NCBI GenBank assembly: GCA_963666345.1
Contig: OY762721.1
Coordinates: 2,624,001-2,688,000 of the forward strand
Origin: Desulfatiglandales bacterium
GTDB lineage: Bacteria; Desulfobacterota; DSM-4660; Desulfatiglandales; Desulfatiglandaceae
Reading direction: 5' to 3'
Length of the DNA stretch: 64,000 nt
This document shows, piece after piece, positions 20,833 to 30,894 of the stretch; position 1 is the stretch's first letter, and each line of letters opens with the position of its first letter. The notes below the pieces were generated by a model that worked only from the letters and a program-made list of their open reading frames with translations, was not told where the DNA came from and did not search any database. A program made the translations under genes and the position numbers.

Positions 20833-23800
20833 CTATTTGATATCCGCATGATAACTCTGGAGCGATTTCATCTGCCCTCTTCCCCGCAGTTTGGCTACTA
20901 TGCCCCTTGCCGCTGCAAGGGCGGCCGACAGGGTGGTTATATAGGGGACCCTGTATCTTATGGCGGCCTTTCTGATATAGGAATCGTCATGCTTGCTGAG
21001 TCTTCCGCTGGGTGTGTTTATAATGAGCTGTATCTCATTGTTTTTAATGGCATCAACGATATTGGGCCGCCCTTCATGCACCTTCAGTATCTTCTCGGAC
21101 CTTACATAGTGTTCTTCCAGAAAATCATGTGTTCCTTGAGTGGCCCGTACCTTGAATCCGAGTGTGGCGAAAAGCCTTGCCACTTCTATTACAGCCGGCC
21201 TGTCCATCTCGGAAACGGTTATGAGAACCGTTCCCTCCGAAGGCAGGATCTGCTGTGCGGCCTCCTGGGCCTTCAGATATGCAAGCCCGAACTTGTCGGC
21301 CATGCCGAGTACCTCCCCTGTGGAGCGCATTTCAGGGCCGAGGATCGGGTCGACTTCGGAAAACATGTTGAAGGGAAATACCGCCTCTTTGACGCCGTAG
21401 TGGGGTATGGACTTGGGTGAGATGTCGAGTTCCGAGATTTTTTTACCGAGCATGAGCTGGGTGGCTATCCTTGCCATTGAAATATTACATACCTTTGAGA
21501 CAAGCGGCACGGTCCTGGAGGCCCTTGGGTTGGCCTCGATTATATAGACCGTGTCTTGTGCTATTGCATACTGGATGTTCATGAGCCCTACCACGTTAAG
21601 GTCTTTTGCAATCTTACGGTTATTCTCAAATATGGTGACCAGATGTTTGGCAGGGATACTTACGGGCGGGATTACGCAGGCCGAATCCCCTGAATGGATG
21701 CCGGCCAGTTCTATATGCTCCATAATAGCCGGCACAAAGGCGTCCGTGCCGTCGGCAACCGCGTCGGCTTCCACCTCGATTGCGTTTTCAAGAAACCTGT
21801 CAATGAGTATGGGGCGTTCCGGACTCACATCTACCGCGGCTGAGACATAATGCCTCAGCATCTCTTCGTCGTGAATCACCTCCATCGCCCTTCCGCCAAG
21901 CACATAGGAAGGCCTTACCATTAACGGATAACCTATGGAACCGGCCACTTCAAGGGCCTGCTCCATATTGCTTGCCATGCCCGATTCAGGCTGATTAATG
22001 CCCAGTTTTCTCATCTTTTGACGAAAACGGTCCCTGTCCTCGGCAAGGTCTATGGTATCGGGCGATGTCCCTATGATGTTTACACCCTGCTCGGCAAGCT
22101 CGGAAGCGATATTGAGCGGAGTCTGCCCTCCGAACTGGACTATGACCCCTTCAGGTTTCTCCTTTTCATATATGCTCAGGACATCTTCCACGGTCAGAGG
22201 TTCGAAATAGAGCTTGTCGGACGTGTCATAATCGGTTGATACCGTCTCAGGATTACAGTTGACCATGATGGATTCATAGCCCATATCACGAAGGGCAAAG
22301 GCCGCATGCACGCAGCAATAGTCAAATTCGATACCCTGACCTATCCTGTTGGGCCCTCCCCCGAGCACCATGATCTTTTTCCTGTCGCTTGTTTCAACCT
22401 GGTCAGGGGCGTTATATGTGGAAAAATAATATGCGGCGTTCTCTGCCCCGCTGACCGGAACAGGCTCCCATCCCTGAACAATCCCGAGGGATTTTCTTTT
22501 TTCTCTTATCTCCTTTTCCCCCTTTTGCAGGATCAAGGAGAGATAGCGATCGGAAAAACCGTCTTTTTTAGCCTTTTCAAGGAGCTGTTCAGGGATGTCC
22601 TTCCCCCTGTACGTGAGTATCTTCTCCTCCAGCTCAACCAGTTCCTTCATCTGCTCGATGAACCAGGCCTTGATGTGTGTCTTTTCATGGAGAATTTCAA
22701 CGGATGCGCCTTTTCTTAAGGCCTCATACATGATGAACTGTCTTTCGCTTGAGGGTTCCGACAAGAGGTCAAGGAGGTCATCAAGCGGTTTTTCATGGAA
22801 ATCCTTTGCAAATCCAAGCCCGTATCTGTTGATTTCAAGAGAGCGAATCGCCTTTTGAAAGGACTCCTTGTAGGTCTTCCCGATACTCATGACCTCGCCT
22901 ACGGCACGCATCTGGGTCCCCAGTTTATCCTCTGCGCCCTCGAACTTTTCAAAGGCCCAGCGGGCGAATTTCACTACGACATAATCTCCCCATGGCTCAT
23001 ATTTTTCCAGGGTCCCCTCTTTCCAGTAGGGGATTTCATCCAGCGTGAGTCCCCCCGCCAGAAGAGAGGAGACCAGCGCTATCGGGAATCCGGTGGCCTT
23101 TGACGCCAGGGCTGACGACCGGGATGTCCTGGGATTTATCTCGATTACCACCACACGGTCGGTCTTTGGATCGTGGGCGAACTGGATGTTGGTCCCGCCG
23201 ATGACCTTTATCGCCTCTACAATGTCGTAGGAATATTTCTGAAGACGTTTCTGCAGCTCAGGAGCGATCGTAAGCATAGGCGCCGTGCAGAAGGAATCTC
23301 CGGTGTGAACCCCCATGGCATCGACGTTTTCAATGAAACAGACGGTAATCATCTGGTTCTTGGAATCCCTTACGACTTCAAGCTCCAGTTCTTCCCAACC
23401 CAGGACGGATTCTTCCACAAGGACCTGACCGACAAGACTGGCGGCAAGGCCTCTTCCCGCAACCGTTCTCAGCTCCTCAACATTATATACCAGACCGCCT
23501 CCCGTACCTCCCATGGTATAGGCCGGCCTGATTACAACTGGATAGCCCAGCTGATCGGCTATCTTTTCCGTTTCCTCCACTGAGAAGGCAGGCTCGCTTT
23601 TGGGCATATCGATCCCTAGACCGTTCATCGTCTCTTTGAATGCGATCCTGTCTTCACCCCTCTCAATGGCATCTATCTCAACGCCTATGACCTTGACGCC
23701 GTGCTTTTCGAGCACTCCTCTTCGGGCCAGCTCAGAGGAAAGATTAAGGCCAGACTGTCCCCCCAGGTTCGGGAGGATCGCGTCCGGTTTTTCCTTTTCA

Positions 23801-24033
23801 ATGATTTCCGTGATGGTATCCGCATTGAGCGGCTCTATGTAGGTGGCGTCAGCAGTATCCGGATCGGTCATAATTGTTGCGGGGTTTGAATTTACCAGCA
23901 CTATTTCATACCCAAGCTTTTTTAAGGCCTTGCAGGCCTGAGTGCCTGAATAATCAAACTCGCAGGCCTGTCCTATAACTATGGGCCCCGAGCCTATAAT
24001 CATAACCTTATTGATATCGGTACGTTTTGGCAT
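20833..24033 (-). CDS. carB: Carbamoyl-phosphate synthase large subunit
   Basis: MPKRTDI..GSGPIVIGQACEFDYSG, two ATP-grasp halves, MGS domain. Confidence 0.97.
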   Translation of the reverse strand: MPKRTDINKVMIIGSGPIVIGQACEFDYSGTQACKALKKLGYEIVLVNSNPATIMTDPDTADATYIEPLNADTITEIIEKEKPDAILPNLGGQSGLNLSSELARRGVLEKHGVKVIGVEIDAIERGEDRIAFKETMNGLGIDMPKSEPAFSVEETEKIADQLGYPVVIRPAYTMGGTGGGLVYNVEELRTVAGRGLAASLVGQVLVEESVLGWEELELEVVRDSKNQMITVCFIENVDAMGVHTGDSFCTAPMLTIAPELQKRLQKYSYDIVEAIKVIGGTNIQFAHDPKTDRVVVIEINPRTSRSSALASKATGFPIALVSSLLAGGLTLDEIPYWKEGTLEKYEPWGDYVVVKFARWAFEKFEGAEDKLGTQMRAVGEVMSIGKTYKESFQKAIRSLEINRYGLGFAKDFHEKPLDDLLDLLSEPSSERQFIMYEALRKGASVEILHEKTHIKAWFIEQMKELVELEEKILTYRGKDIPEQLLEKAKKDGFSDRYLSLILQKGEKEIREKRKSLGIVQGWEPVPVSGAENAAYYFSTYNAPDQVETSDRKKIMVLGGGPNRIGQGIEFDYCCVHAAFALRDMGYESIMVNCNPETVSTDYDTSDKLYFEPLTVEDVLSIYEKEKPEGVIVQFGGQTPLNIASELAEQGVNIIGTSPDTIDLAEDRDRFRQKMRKLGINQPESGMASNMEQALEVAGSIGYPLMVRPSYVLGGRAMEVIHDEEMLRHYVSAAVDVSPERPILIDRFLENAIEVEADAVADGTDAFVPAIMEHIELAGIHSGDSACVIPPVSIPAKHLVTIFENNRKIAKDLNVVGLMNIQYAIAQDTVYIIEANPRASRTVPLVSKVCNISMARIATQLMLGKKISELDISPKSIPHYGVKEAVFPFNMFSEVDPILGPEMRSTGEVLGMADKFGLAYLKAQEAAQQILPSEGTVLITVSEMDRPAVIEVARLFATLGFKVRATQGTHDFLEEHYVRSEKILKVHEGRPNIVDAIKNNEIQLIINTPSGRLSKHDDSYIRKAAIRYRVPYITTLSAALAAARGIVAKLRGRGQMKSLQSYHADIK

Positions 24034-24442
24034 GAGTCTCTCCTTAGCTGTGATTAATGTCCAAAGGCATCAAAGGCCTCCGCCTGCCGCCTCTTGATAA
24101 GGACTATATGAATTCGGAATTAAACCGTGTCCGCCGTCAATATCTCTTTTCGTGAAAACATGCTTATACAGGAAGCGGCAAGCGGTCATGGCACATATGA
24201 AAATGATGTGGTTTGTTTTACAGAGAAAGGCGACAGACCATGTGCCTCCGCAAGTCCCGGCCTAGGTGGGCGCAAGTGGTAAAACAATACAGTCGCCGAA
24301 ACTATAGAGGAGCACCGGTTTTGTGTCAAGAGGAAACTAGGCCGATTTACATGGGGTGTAACTAACTGAGAATATATGATATTCAGACATCGACATGCCT
24401 TTTTTTAAATCCCATCTTCCAAAGAGAGGCCATCGGATCGCT

Positions 24443-24946
24443 TCAGCCGGCGGAATTGCCGTGGGGAATATCTTCAAAGGATTTTACCCCCCCTTCCAGG
24501 AATTCCTTTAAGACCCTTATATGCCTTTTTTCTTCATCGATAATGGTTTCAATGCAGTTGAAGGCCTCGGTGCCGTTAATAAATGAGCATAACATCTCGT
24601 AAAAGATCACCGTATCCTTTTCAAATTCGATTGCCTTCTCCAGTATCTCCTCAACCCGGTCCAGGCTGTGAAGGTCGTCGTCCTCAAGCGAAAAGGCCTG
24701 CCCCCCCATTACCGCGCCTAACATCTCCCGGCCGAGCCTGTCGATCCGCTCATCCTGAGTTTGCTCATTAAACTCCTTGCAGAGTCTGTTGAAGACGGTC
24801 GCGTGCTCGGCCTCATCATCGGCTAGCCACTTTAAAAGGGATGCAAGCTCCGGGTTTGATGCCCTGCTTAAAGCCTCCCTGTAGATCCTTTCACCGTTTT
24901 CCTCAATCTGTACGGCAAAATCTATGATCTCTTTGATCGTAAACAT
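24443..24946 (-). CDS. Ferritin/rubrerythrin-like protein
   Basis: E..E..Y, LADDEAEH, AIEFEKDTVIFY, IIDEEKRH diiron pattern; ATG at 24946 preferred as start. Confidence 0.85.
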   Translation of the reverse strand: MFTIKEIIDFAVQIEENGERIYREALSRASNPELASLLKWLADDEAEHATVFNRLCKEFNEQTQDERIDRLGREMLGAVMGGQAFSLEDDDLHSLDRVEEILEKAIEFEKDTVIFYEMLCSFINGTEAFNCIETIIDEEKRHIRVLKEFLEGGVKSFEDIPHGNSAG

Positions 24947-25113
24947 AATTGCAGTTGTTCCGTAGAATAATATGTATGCTAATGTTAAAATGCTAAATAT
25001 CAACAATTTAATATAGTATTTATCAATAAAATATGAAAGAAAAAAATCAGGAGCAGTTGATATCCTGATGAAGGTTTTTAATTGGGAAGTGTCTGCGGAA
25101 AGGCCTGCAAAAC

Positions 25114-25141
25114 AAAAAAGGCGGCCCAGAGGCCGCCTTTT
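25114..25141 (-). terminator. Terminator after hsp20
   Basis: AAAAGGCGGCC-CAGA-GGCCGCCTTTT perfect stem with A/T tails. Confidence 0.85.
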
Positions 25142-25169
25142 GGTTTAATAATTTCAGGTAGTTGAATTA

Positions 25170-25613
25170 TTAGTTAACGCTTATTTTCTTTGGTTCCTTC
25201 TCTTTAGGTTTCGGTATTTCTATTGTCAGTACACCGTCCTTGAACTCTGCATTTATCATGTCCGGATCAAGGCCCTCAGGGAGCGAAAAAGACCTGTTGA
25301 ATCTGCCGTAGGCACGCTCTTTTTTATAGAAGTTTTCCTCTTTCACCTCATTTTCATATGACCTTTCACCACTCAGGGTAAGTACGCCCTCTTTCACATC
25401 CACGTTAACATCCTTTTTGTCAACACCCGGAAGCTCGGCCTTTATGGTGGTTTTTCCATCCTTTTCGAATATATCAACCGCCGGAGTCCAGTTCCCGATT
25501 CCGGATTCGTCCTTAACCCCTATACGTGGAAAAAAGGTCGTCCCGAATATATCGTTCATTCGGTCTGAAAATAGATCCATCTCTCTCATGGGTTTAAATC
25601 TCACAAGGTTCAT
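25170..25613 (-). CDS. Hsp20/alpha-crystallin small heat shock protein
   Basis: PAVDIFE, AELPGV, ERAYGRFNRSFSLP, A.FKDGVLTI.IPK. Confidence 0.95.
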   Translation of the reverse strand: MNLVRFKPMREMDLFSDRMNDIFGTTFFPRIGVKDESGIGNWTPAVDIFEKDGKTTIKAELPGVDKKDVNVDVKEGVLTLSGERSYENEVKEENFYKKERAYGRFNRSFSLPEGLDPDMINAEFKDGVLTIEIPKPKEKEPKKISVN

Positions 25614-25796
25614 TTCTGATACCTCCTTTCCGTGATATCAAATAATGTTTATAATCGATTCTCCGTGCTCAAAAAATAATTACGAGCGTTATGATGTCAA
25701 GGGGCCGGCTATTATAAATGTACATTATTTATATTTGACAAAAAAGAATAGTAATGTAAACATCAACTCCTTGGATTTAGCTGTCGGGAGGAGATA

Positions 25797-26411
25797 ATGG
25801 ATATAATCCGTAATGGAAAATATAATAAAGATGGTCCGGAAGGGGGTTGTTTTTCATCCAGCCTCAGGGGAAAGCAATCCGTCAGGGCTACCTTCAGGCT
25901 GTCGAAAAGGGCCATAGACATCCTAAGCCTTGTGTCCAGTCATTTGAAAATAAAACAAAAATCCCTCTTTGATCACCTTTTTGATGATCCTGTGACCATG
26001 GACTATCTGGCGCAAGGCATCGAAATAGGGGATTTCATAGAACTTGACCGGGTGCAGAAGACATATGTCATCAGCAGGAAGACTCTTTCCTGTCTCGATA
26101 ATGCCTCCAGATCCTTTGATTCTCCCAGAGACGCCCTTGTCGAATATGCGGTTTATCGTCTTCTGCCGGTTATCAAAGAAGAGCGTGAAAAACAGTGGAA
26201 GCGAAAACAGGTATTAAGCGATATTAATCTTTACCTCAAAAAGGGGATGGATATCCTGCATAAGAGCAGAGAGGCCCTGGGAGAAGATGATCCTCTATGC
26301 CTTAGCCTCGAAAAATTGATTCTCGGCCTTGATAATGCATGCTCCGAGATGGTGGATTTTGTCGAAAAAGGCAGTATAATCGAAACATTTGACAAGGAAG
26401 GCGATAAATGA
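25797..26411 (+). CDS. Hypothetical protein, possibly a tandem ribbon-helix-helix DNA-binding protein
   Basis: GGGAGGAG RBS; two beta-helix-helix-like segments (VRATFRLS..., VQKTYVIS...). Confidence 0.6.
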   Translation: MDIIRNGKYNKDGPEGGCFSSSLRGKQSVRATFRLSKRAIDILSLVSSHLKIKQKSLFDHLFDDPVTMDYLAQGIEIGDFIELDRVQKTYVISRKTLSCLDNASRSFDSPRDALVEYAVYRLLPVIKEEREKQWKRKQVLSDINLYLKKGMDILHKSREALGEDDPLCLSLEKLILGLDNACSEMVDFVEKGSIIETFDKEGDK

Positions 26412-26453
26412 AAATCGTGGAATCAATCCACTGTAAAGTACCATGGGTCAGAT

Positions 26454-28580
26454 ATGGTCTCACATGAAGGAACTACCGAATCGGAAACCGAACGCATGCT
26501 CTCAATTTTCATGGCGAATCTGCCAGGCATGGCCTACAGGATTGTCAAAAACAGCACCTGGAAATTGGAATTCATCAGCGAGGGCTGCCTTTCTCTTACA
26601 GGTTTTTCAGCCGAGGATATGATTGAGGGGAAGACGGTTTCTTACAGGGATTTGATTCGTGATGAAGACCGGGCCGAAATAAGATCCGCCCTGAGGAAGT
26701 CTCTGGAAAGAAAGACCCCTTTTCGTGTCGAGTACAGGATAAATACCGCCGCAGGTGAAGAAAAATGGGTCATGGAACAGGGTACCGGGGTTTTCAAAGA
26801 GGGCGTGGGCCTTGTCGCGCTTGAAGGGTTCGTGACCGATGTAACGGACAGGAAGAAGGCTGAAGAGGCCTTGCGGGAAAGCGAACGGAGGCTTCAGGTC
26901 AAGCTCGATTTCATGCTTTCCCCTGATGAGGATCTGGGGGATTTCTCTCTCCTGGACATAGTGGACCTGGAGGAGCTCCAGACCATCCAGGACGCCTTTG
27001 CACAGGCAAACGAGGTATCCACGACCATTTGCGACCTTGACGGCAATCCCATAACAAAGCCGAGCAATATGCCCACCGTATGCCAGCTTGTCAGACAGAC
27101 TGAGAAAGGCAGTGAGAGATGCGCCATATCCTCCAGGGTGTTGGGGGAAAAGGCGAGAAAAAAGATGACCCCGGTGTACCAGGATTGCCTGAGCCTTGGA
27201 TTCGTGGATGCCTGCGCGCCTATAATTGTTGCGGGAAAACATATCGCAAACTGGGTTGCGGGCCAGTGCAACGTGATGGGCGTGGACAGGAAAAGGATCA
27301 AGGAGTACGCAATAGAGATCGGTGCAGATGTAGGGGAGATGCTTCAGGCCTTTGACAGTATGCCCCCTCAGATGTCAGTCGAGCGCTTTGAGAAGGTGTT
27401 GAACCTTCAGTGGCTCATGGCAAAGGAGATATCAAGCCTGGGTTACAACAATCTCAAACTGGCAAAGCAGATCGCGGAACTGACCAAGACCAAGGAGGCC
27501 CTTGCAGAGAGCGAAGAGAGATCCAGGCGCCTTGTAGAAAATTCGCCGGTCGGTATTTTTATCTTCAGAAATGACCGCATGCTCTATATGAACCCTGAAC
27601 AGGAAAGGATCTCGGCTTGGCTTCCGCAGAGTTTTGCCTCGATGAATCTATCCTGTATACATAAGGATGACAGGGAAAAGGTGAATAAATTTATCAACCG
27701 GCTCCGTGCAGGGAAAAGCGGCAATATGGAAACTGAATTCAGGTTTTATTGCCACAATGAAGCCGAAGGCAGGGTGGAGACCAAATGGGTATCCTGCAGC
27801 GGAAGCAGTTTGGAATACGGGGGAAAAGAGGCCATCCTTGTCAACATAATGGATATTACCAGGGCCAAGGAACTGGCCAGGATGGTCAAGATCCAGGACA
27901 AGATGAGTTCATTAGGACGTGTAGCCGCTGGGATCGCACATGAAATAAGGAACCCCCTGTCAGGCATAAACATCTATCTTTCCGCTCTCAGAAAGATTCA
28001 TGAAAGGGGTTGCGATTTTGAAAGAGTGCAGGAGATCCTGGGCCAGCTGGAGTCTGCGTCCAACAAGATAGAATCGGTTATAAAAAGGGTGATGGATTTT
28101 TCGCGGCCGAGTGCCCCCAGACTCGAGATAACTCAAATAAACGAACCGGTGAAGGAGGCCCTTGAGCTTTCAGCCGTCATGCTGCGAAAGAGCGGGGTAA
28201 TTCTGGAAACTGATATCAAAGAGGATATGCCCCCCTGCGCCATAGACAGTCAGCTTTTTGAGCAGGTGGTGTTGAATTTTATTACCAATGCGGCAGAGGC
28301 CATGGAGAACCGGGAAGGGGAAAAAAGAATCAGAATATCTACGGACGCCTCTAAGTCATTTGCTATTGTCAGGGTCGCGGACTCAGGTCCCGGGGTAGAT
28401 TCGGAAGTAAGAGAAAATATTTTTGACCCCTTTTTTACTACAAAGAACGGAAGCTCCGGCATAGGCTTGAGCCTGAGCCACAGGATAATAAGCGATCACG
28501 GCGGTACCATCAATGTGGGCAAAAGCCGCTGGGCAGGGGCTGAATTCGTTATCTCACTGCCGCTTAAAAGGGGGAACTAA
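26454..28580 (+). CDS. PAS-PocR-PAS sensor histidine kinase
   Basis: PAS/PAC, PocR-like segment (LQTIQDAF..C..C..C.SLGFVDACAPI), AHEIRNPL H-box, N/G1/F/G2 boxes. Confidence 0.9.
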   Translation: MVSHEGTTESETERMLSIFMANLPGMAYRIVKNSTWKLEFISEGCLSLTGFSAEDMIEGKTVSYRDLIRDEDRAEIRSALRKSLERKTPFRVEYRINTAAGEEKWVMEQGTGVFKEGVGLVALEGFVTDVTDRKKAEEALRESERRLQVKLDFMLSPDEDLGDFSLLDIVDLEELQTIQDAFAQANEVSTTICDLDGNPITKPSNMPTVCQLVRQTEKGSERCAISSRVLGEKARKKMTPVYQDCLSLGFVDACAPIIVAGKHIANWVAGQCNVMGVDRKRIKEYAIEIGADVGEMLQAFDSMPPQMSVERFEKVLNLQWLMAKEISSLGYNNLKLAKQIAELTKTKEALAESEERSRRLVENSPVGIFIFRNDRMLYMNPEQERISAWLPQSFASMNLSCIHKDDREKVNKFINRLRAGKSGNMETEFRFYCHNEAEGRVETKWVSCSGSSLEYGGKEAILVNIMDITRAKELARMVKIQDKMSSLGRVAAGIAHEIRNPLSGINIYLSALRKIHERGCDFERVQEILGQLESASNKIESVIKRVMDFSRPSAPRLEITQINEPVKEALELSAVMLRKSGVILETDIKEDMPPCAIDSQLFEQVVLNFITNAAEAMENREGEKRIRISTDASKSFAIVRVADSGPGVDSEVRENIFDPFFTTKNGSSGIGLSLSHRIISDHGGTINVGKSRWAGAEFVISLPLKRGN

Positions 28581-28587
28581 AAGAGAT

Positions 28588-29979
28588 ATGATAGGTTACA
28601 GGATCTTTGTGGTAGATGATGAGAAGACGATCAGAGACGGACTGGTCATGGGGCTGGAACAGGATTATGCGGTCGACGGTTTCGCAAACGCTGAAGATGC
28701 CGTAAAGGCGATGAAAGAGGGACCTCCCGACCTGATTCTTCTGGATATCGGCCTGCCCGGAATGAGCGGACTCGACGCGATCCCGGTTATTAAGGAAATT
28801 AATCCCGATGTAATCGTAATCATTATTACCGCGTATGAAGATATATCGACTGTGATAAGCGCCATGAAGCTGGGGGCGTACGACTATGTTGTAAAACCGA
28901 TACACCTGGACGGTCTGGAGGTCAGCATAGTAAATGCCCTTGAGACCGTCCGGATAAAAAGAGAGGTTCAGGATCTTCAGGAGAGGTGTCTAAAGGAAAA
29001 TGTCCCCTTCTTCATTGGTGAAAGTAATGCGATCCAGGACGTAATGGAGTTTGTGGGAAAGGTCGCTAAAAGTCCCGATACCCCCATACTCATATGCGGT
29101 GAGACAGGTACGGGCAAGGAATTGATCGCGAATGCGATCCATTACAGAAGCCCTAATTTCAAGGGCCCCCTGATTGCGCTTAACTGCGCGGCGGTTCCTA
29201 AGGATCTCGTGGAAAGCGAATTGTTCGGATATGAAAAGGGGGCCTTCAGCGGGGCCAAGCCGGAAGGTAAAAAAGGGCTGATAGAAGAGGCTGACCAGGG
29301 AACTCTTTTCCTGGACGAAGTGGGTGATCTGAGCTATGAGGCTCAGGCAAAGATGTTGAGATTTCTGCAGGAAGGGAAATTTTACAGGATAGGCGGGACA
29401 AGACCCGTCAATATAAAAGTCAGGGTTATTTCAGCCACCAACAAGGACCTTGACTCAATGATTGCCGAGGAAAGTTTTCGTAAGGATCTCTATTTCCGGT
29501 TGAGTGTGATAAAGGTCGCGCTGCCTTCTCTCAGGGAGCGAACAGAGGACCTGCTGCCCCTGGCGATGCATTTTCTGTCGGAATTTTCGGGAAAATTCGG
29601 CAAAAAGGTCTACTCCCTTTCAAAAGAGGCTCAGCATGTACTTCTTGAACACAGCTGGACCGGTAACATAAGAGAGCTGCGAAATTATATCGAACGAGCA
29701 GTCCTGATATGTGAAGGGGATGAAATAACGCTGAATGATCTGGGTCTTGTTCCGGAAAGAGGGAAATCCATTGCAGAACATGGTAAAAGCGGTATCAGCT
29801 TCGCCCCTTTATCGGAAAAGGGCGTTGACCTTTTATCGGCCCAGACTGCGCTTGAAAGGTATTATATAGAAGAGGCCTACAGGATGTCGGGGGGAAACGA
29901 AAGCAAGGCGGCGAAATTACTCAACGTGAATCACCATACCTTCAGGTACCGCAGAAAAAAATTTTTGGAAAACGATTAA
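28588..29979 (+). CDS. Sigma54-dependent NtrC-family response regulator
   Basis: Receiver domain (VVDDE, LLDI), GETGTGKE, ESELFGYEKGAFSGA, Fis-type HTH; ATG at 28588. Confidence 0.93.
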   Translation: MIGYRIFVVDDEKTIRDGLVMGLEQDYAVDGFANAEDAVKAMKEGPPDLILLDIGLPGMSGLDAIPVIKEINPDVIVIIITAYEDISTVISAMKLGAYDYVVKPIHLDGLEVSIVNALETVRIKREVQDLQERCLKENVPFFIGESNAIQDVMEFVGKVAKSPDTPILICGETGTGKELIANAIHYRSPNFKGPLIALNCAAVPKDLVESELFGYEKGAFSGAKPEGKKGLIEEADQGTLFLDEVGDLSYEAQAKMLRFLQEGKFYRIGGTRPVNIKVRVISATNKDLDSMIAEESFRKDLYFRLSVIKVALPSLRERTEDLLPLAMHFLSEFSGKFGKKVYSLSKEAQHVLLEHSWTGNIRELRNYIERAVLICEGDEITLNDLGLVPERGKSIAEHGKSGISFAPLSEKGVDLLSAQTALERYYIEEAYRMSGGNESKAAKLLNVNHHTFRYRRKKFLEND

Positions 29980-30017
29980 TCTTTACTTCCATCCTTTACC
30001 CGCATTTGCCTCAACAC

Positions 30018-30035
30018 CCCGCGGCTTGCCGCGGG
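30018..30035. repeat. GC-rich palindrome (REP- or terminator-like)
   Basis: CCCGCGGC-TT-GCCGCGGG just downstream of the regulator gene. Confidence 0.5.
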
Positions 30036-30163
30036 AAGCGGTATCCTGAATTTAGAACATTTCTTGCAAATATCGAAAAATTGCAAAATTACTCCATCCC
30101 ATGAATGACGGTTCTATCCTTATAACATACTGAAATTAAAAGTTAATTACTATTAAAGGTCTT

Positions 30164-30179
30164 TGGCATCCTTATTGCT
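30164..30179 (+). promoter_or_regulatory. Sigma54 (-24/-12) promoter upstream of usp
   Basis: TGGCATCCTTATTGCT with GG-N10-GC spacing; adjacent to the sigma54 activator gene. Confidence 0.75.
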
Positions 30180-30359
30180 TTAATAATATGTAAATGGGGT
30201 TGCTGAATATAGACATCGTGAAACGGCAAATCGCAAAATGCAACACCGGGAAGATTCCGACAGGTATTGTAGCAGCATAAATGATCGTTTAATAAGGCAA
30301 GTATAAACATTCTATAAAGCAGCCGTAAAATTGAACGGCCGTTAAAAGGAGAGACTGAG

Positions 30360-30839
30360 ATGAAAAATAAATCGTTTAAAAATATTCTTTTTTGCACCGA
30401 CTTATCGGAAACCTCGAATTCCGCCTTTGAATTCGCCTTAAGTATGGCGGGTAGGGACCAGGGAAGGCTCAATATACTGTATGTGATTCCTGATAATCCG
30501 AATAAAGGCATGTCCGAGGGATACCTTTCCAATCCGAGGATTAAACAATTCAAGGAAAATTTCAAGAACGGGGTCGACAGAAAATTTTCAGAACTTTATG
30601 TTGAAAAGATAGAGGATGCGGTGGAATTCAAGACCGTAACCAAGTCCGGAACTCCTCACGAAGAGATAATGCTTTACGCGGAAGAGGAAAACTCGGATAT
30701 TATCGTTATGGGCACAAACTGCAGGAGAGGGGTTGCAAAGCTGCTTTCAGGCAGTGTGTCGGAAAAGGTTGCGCGTGGAAGCAAAAGACCTGTAATGCTG
30801 ATTCATTCGGAAAAGACAGGGAACTTCATAACCGCCTGA
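30360..30839 (+). CDS. Universal stress protein
   Basis: ILFCTDLSETS, G.PHEEI, DIIVMGT, GSVSEKV. Confidence 0.9.
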   Translation: MKNKSFKNILFCTDLSETSNSAFEFALSMAGRDQGRLNILYVIPDNPNKGMSEGYLSNPRIKQFKENFKNGVDRKFSELYVEKIEDAVEFKTVTKSGTPHEEIMLYAEEENSDIIVMGTNCRRGVAKLLSGSVSEKVARGSKRPVMLIHSEKTGNFITA

Positions 30840-30894
30840 TTAAATAACCGCGGCGGAGGCGGTTCAATCTTTGAGATAAATGACAATGCCCTGC

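Noticed and set aside
24050..24103. SAM-I riboswitch-like start (minus strand CTTATCAAGAG...TTGATGCC) upstream of carB
   Set aside because: No GCAACC, GGTGC or closing GATAAG, and too little room before the RBS; carB is not a typical SAM target.
30194..30280. 28-codon ORF (MGLLNIDIVKRQ...) in the usp leader
   Set aside because: No RBS or recognisable motif; cannot be supported without ribosome profiling.
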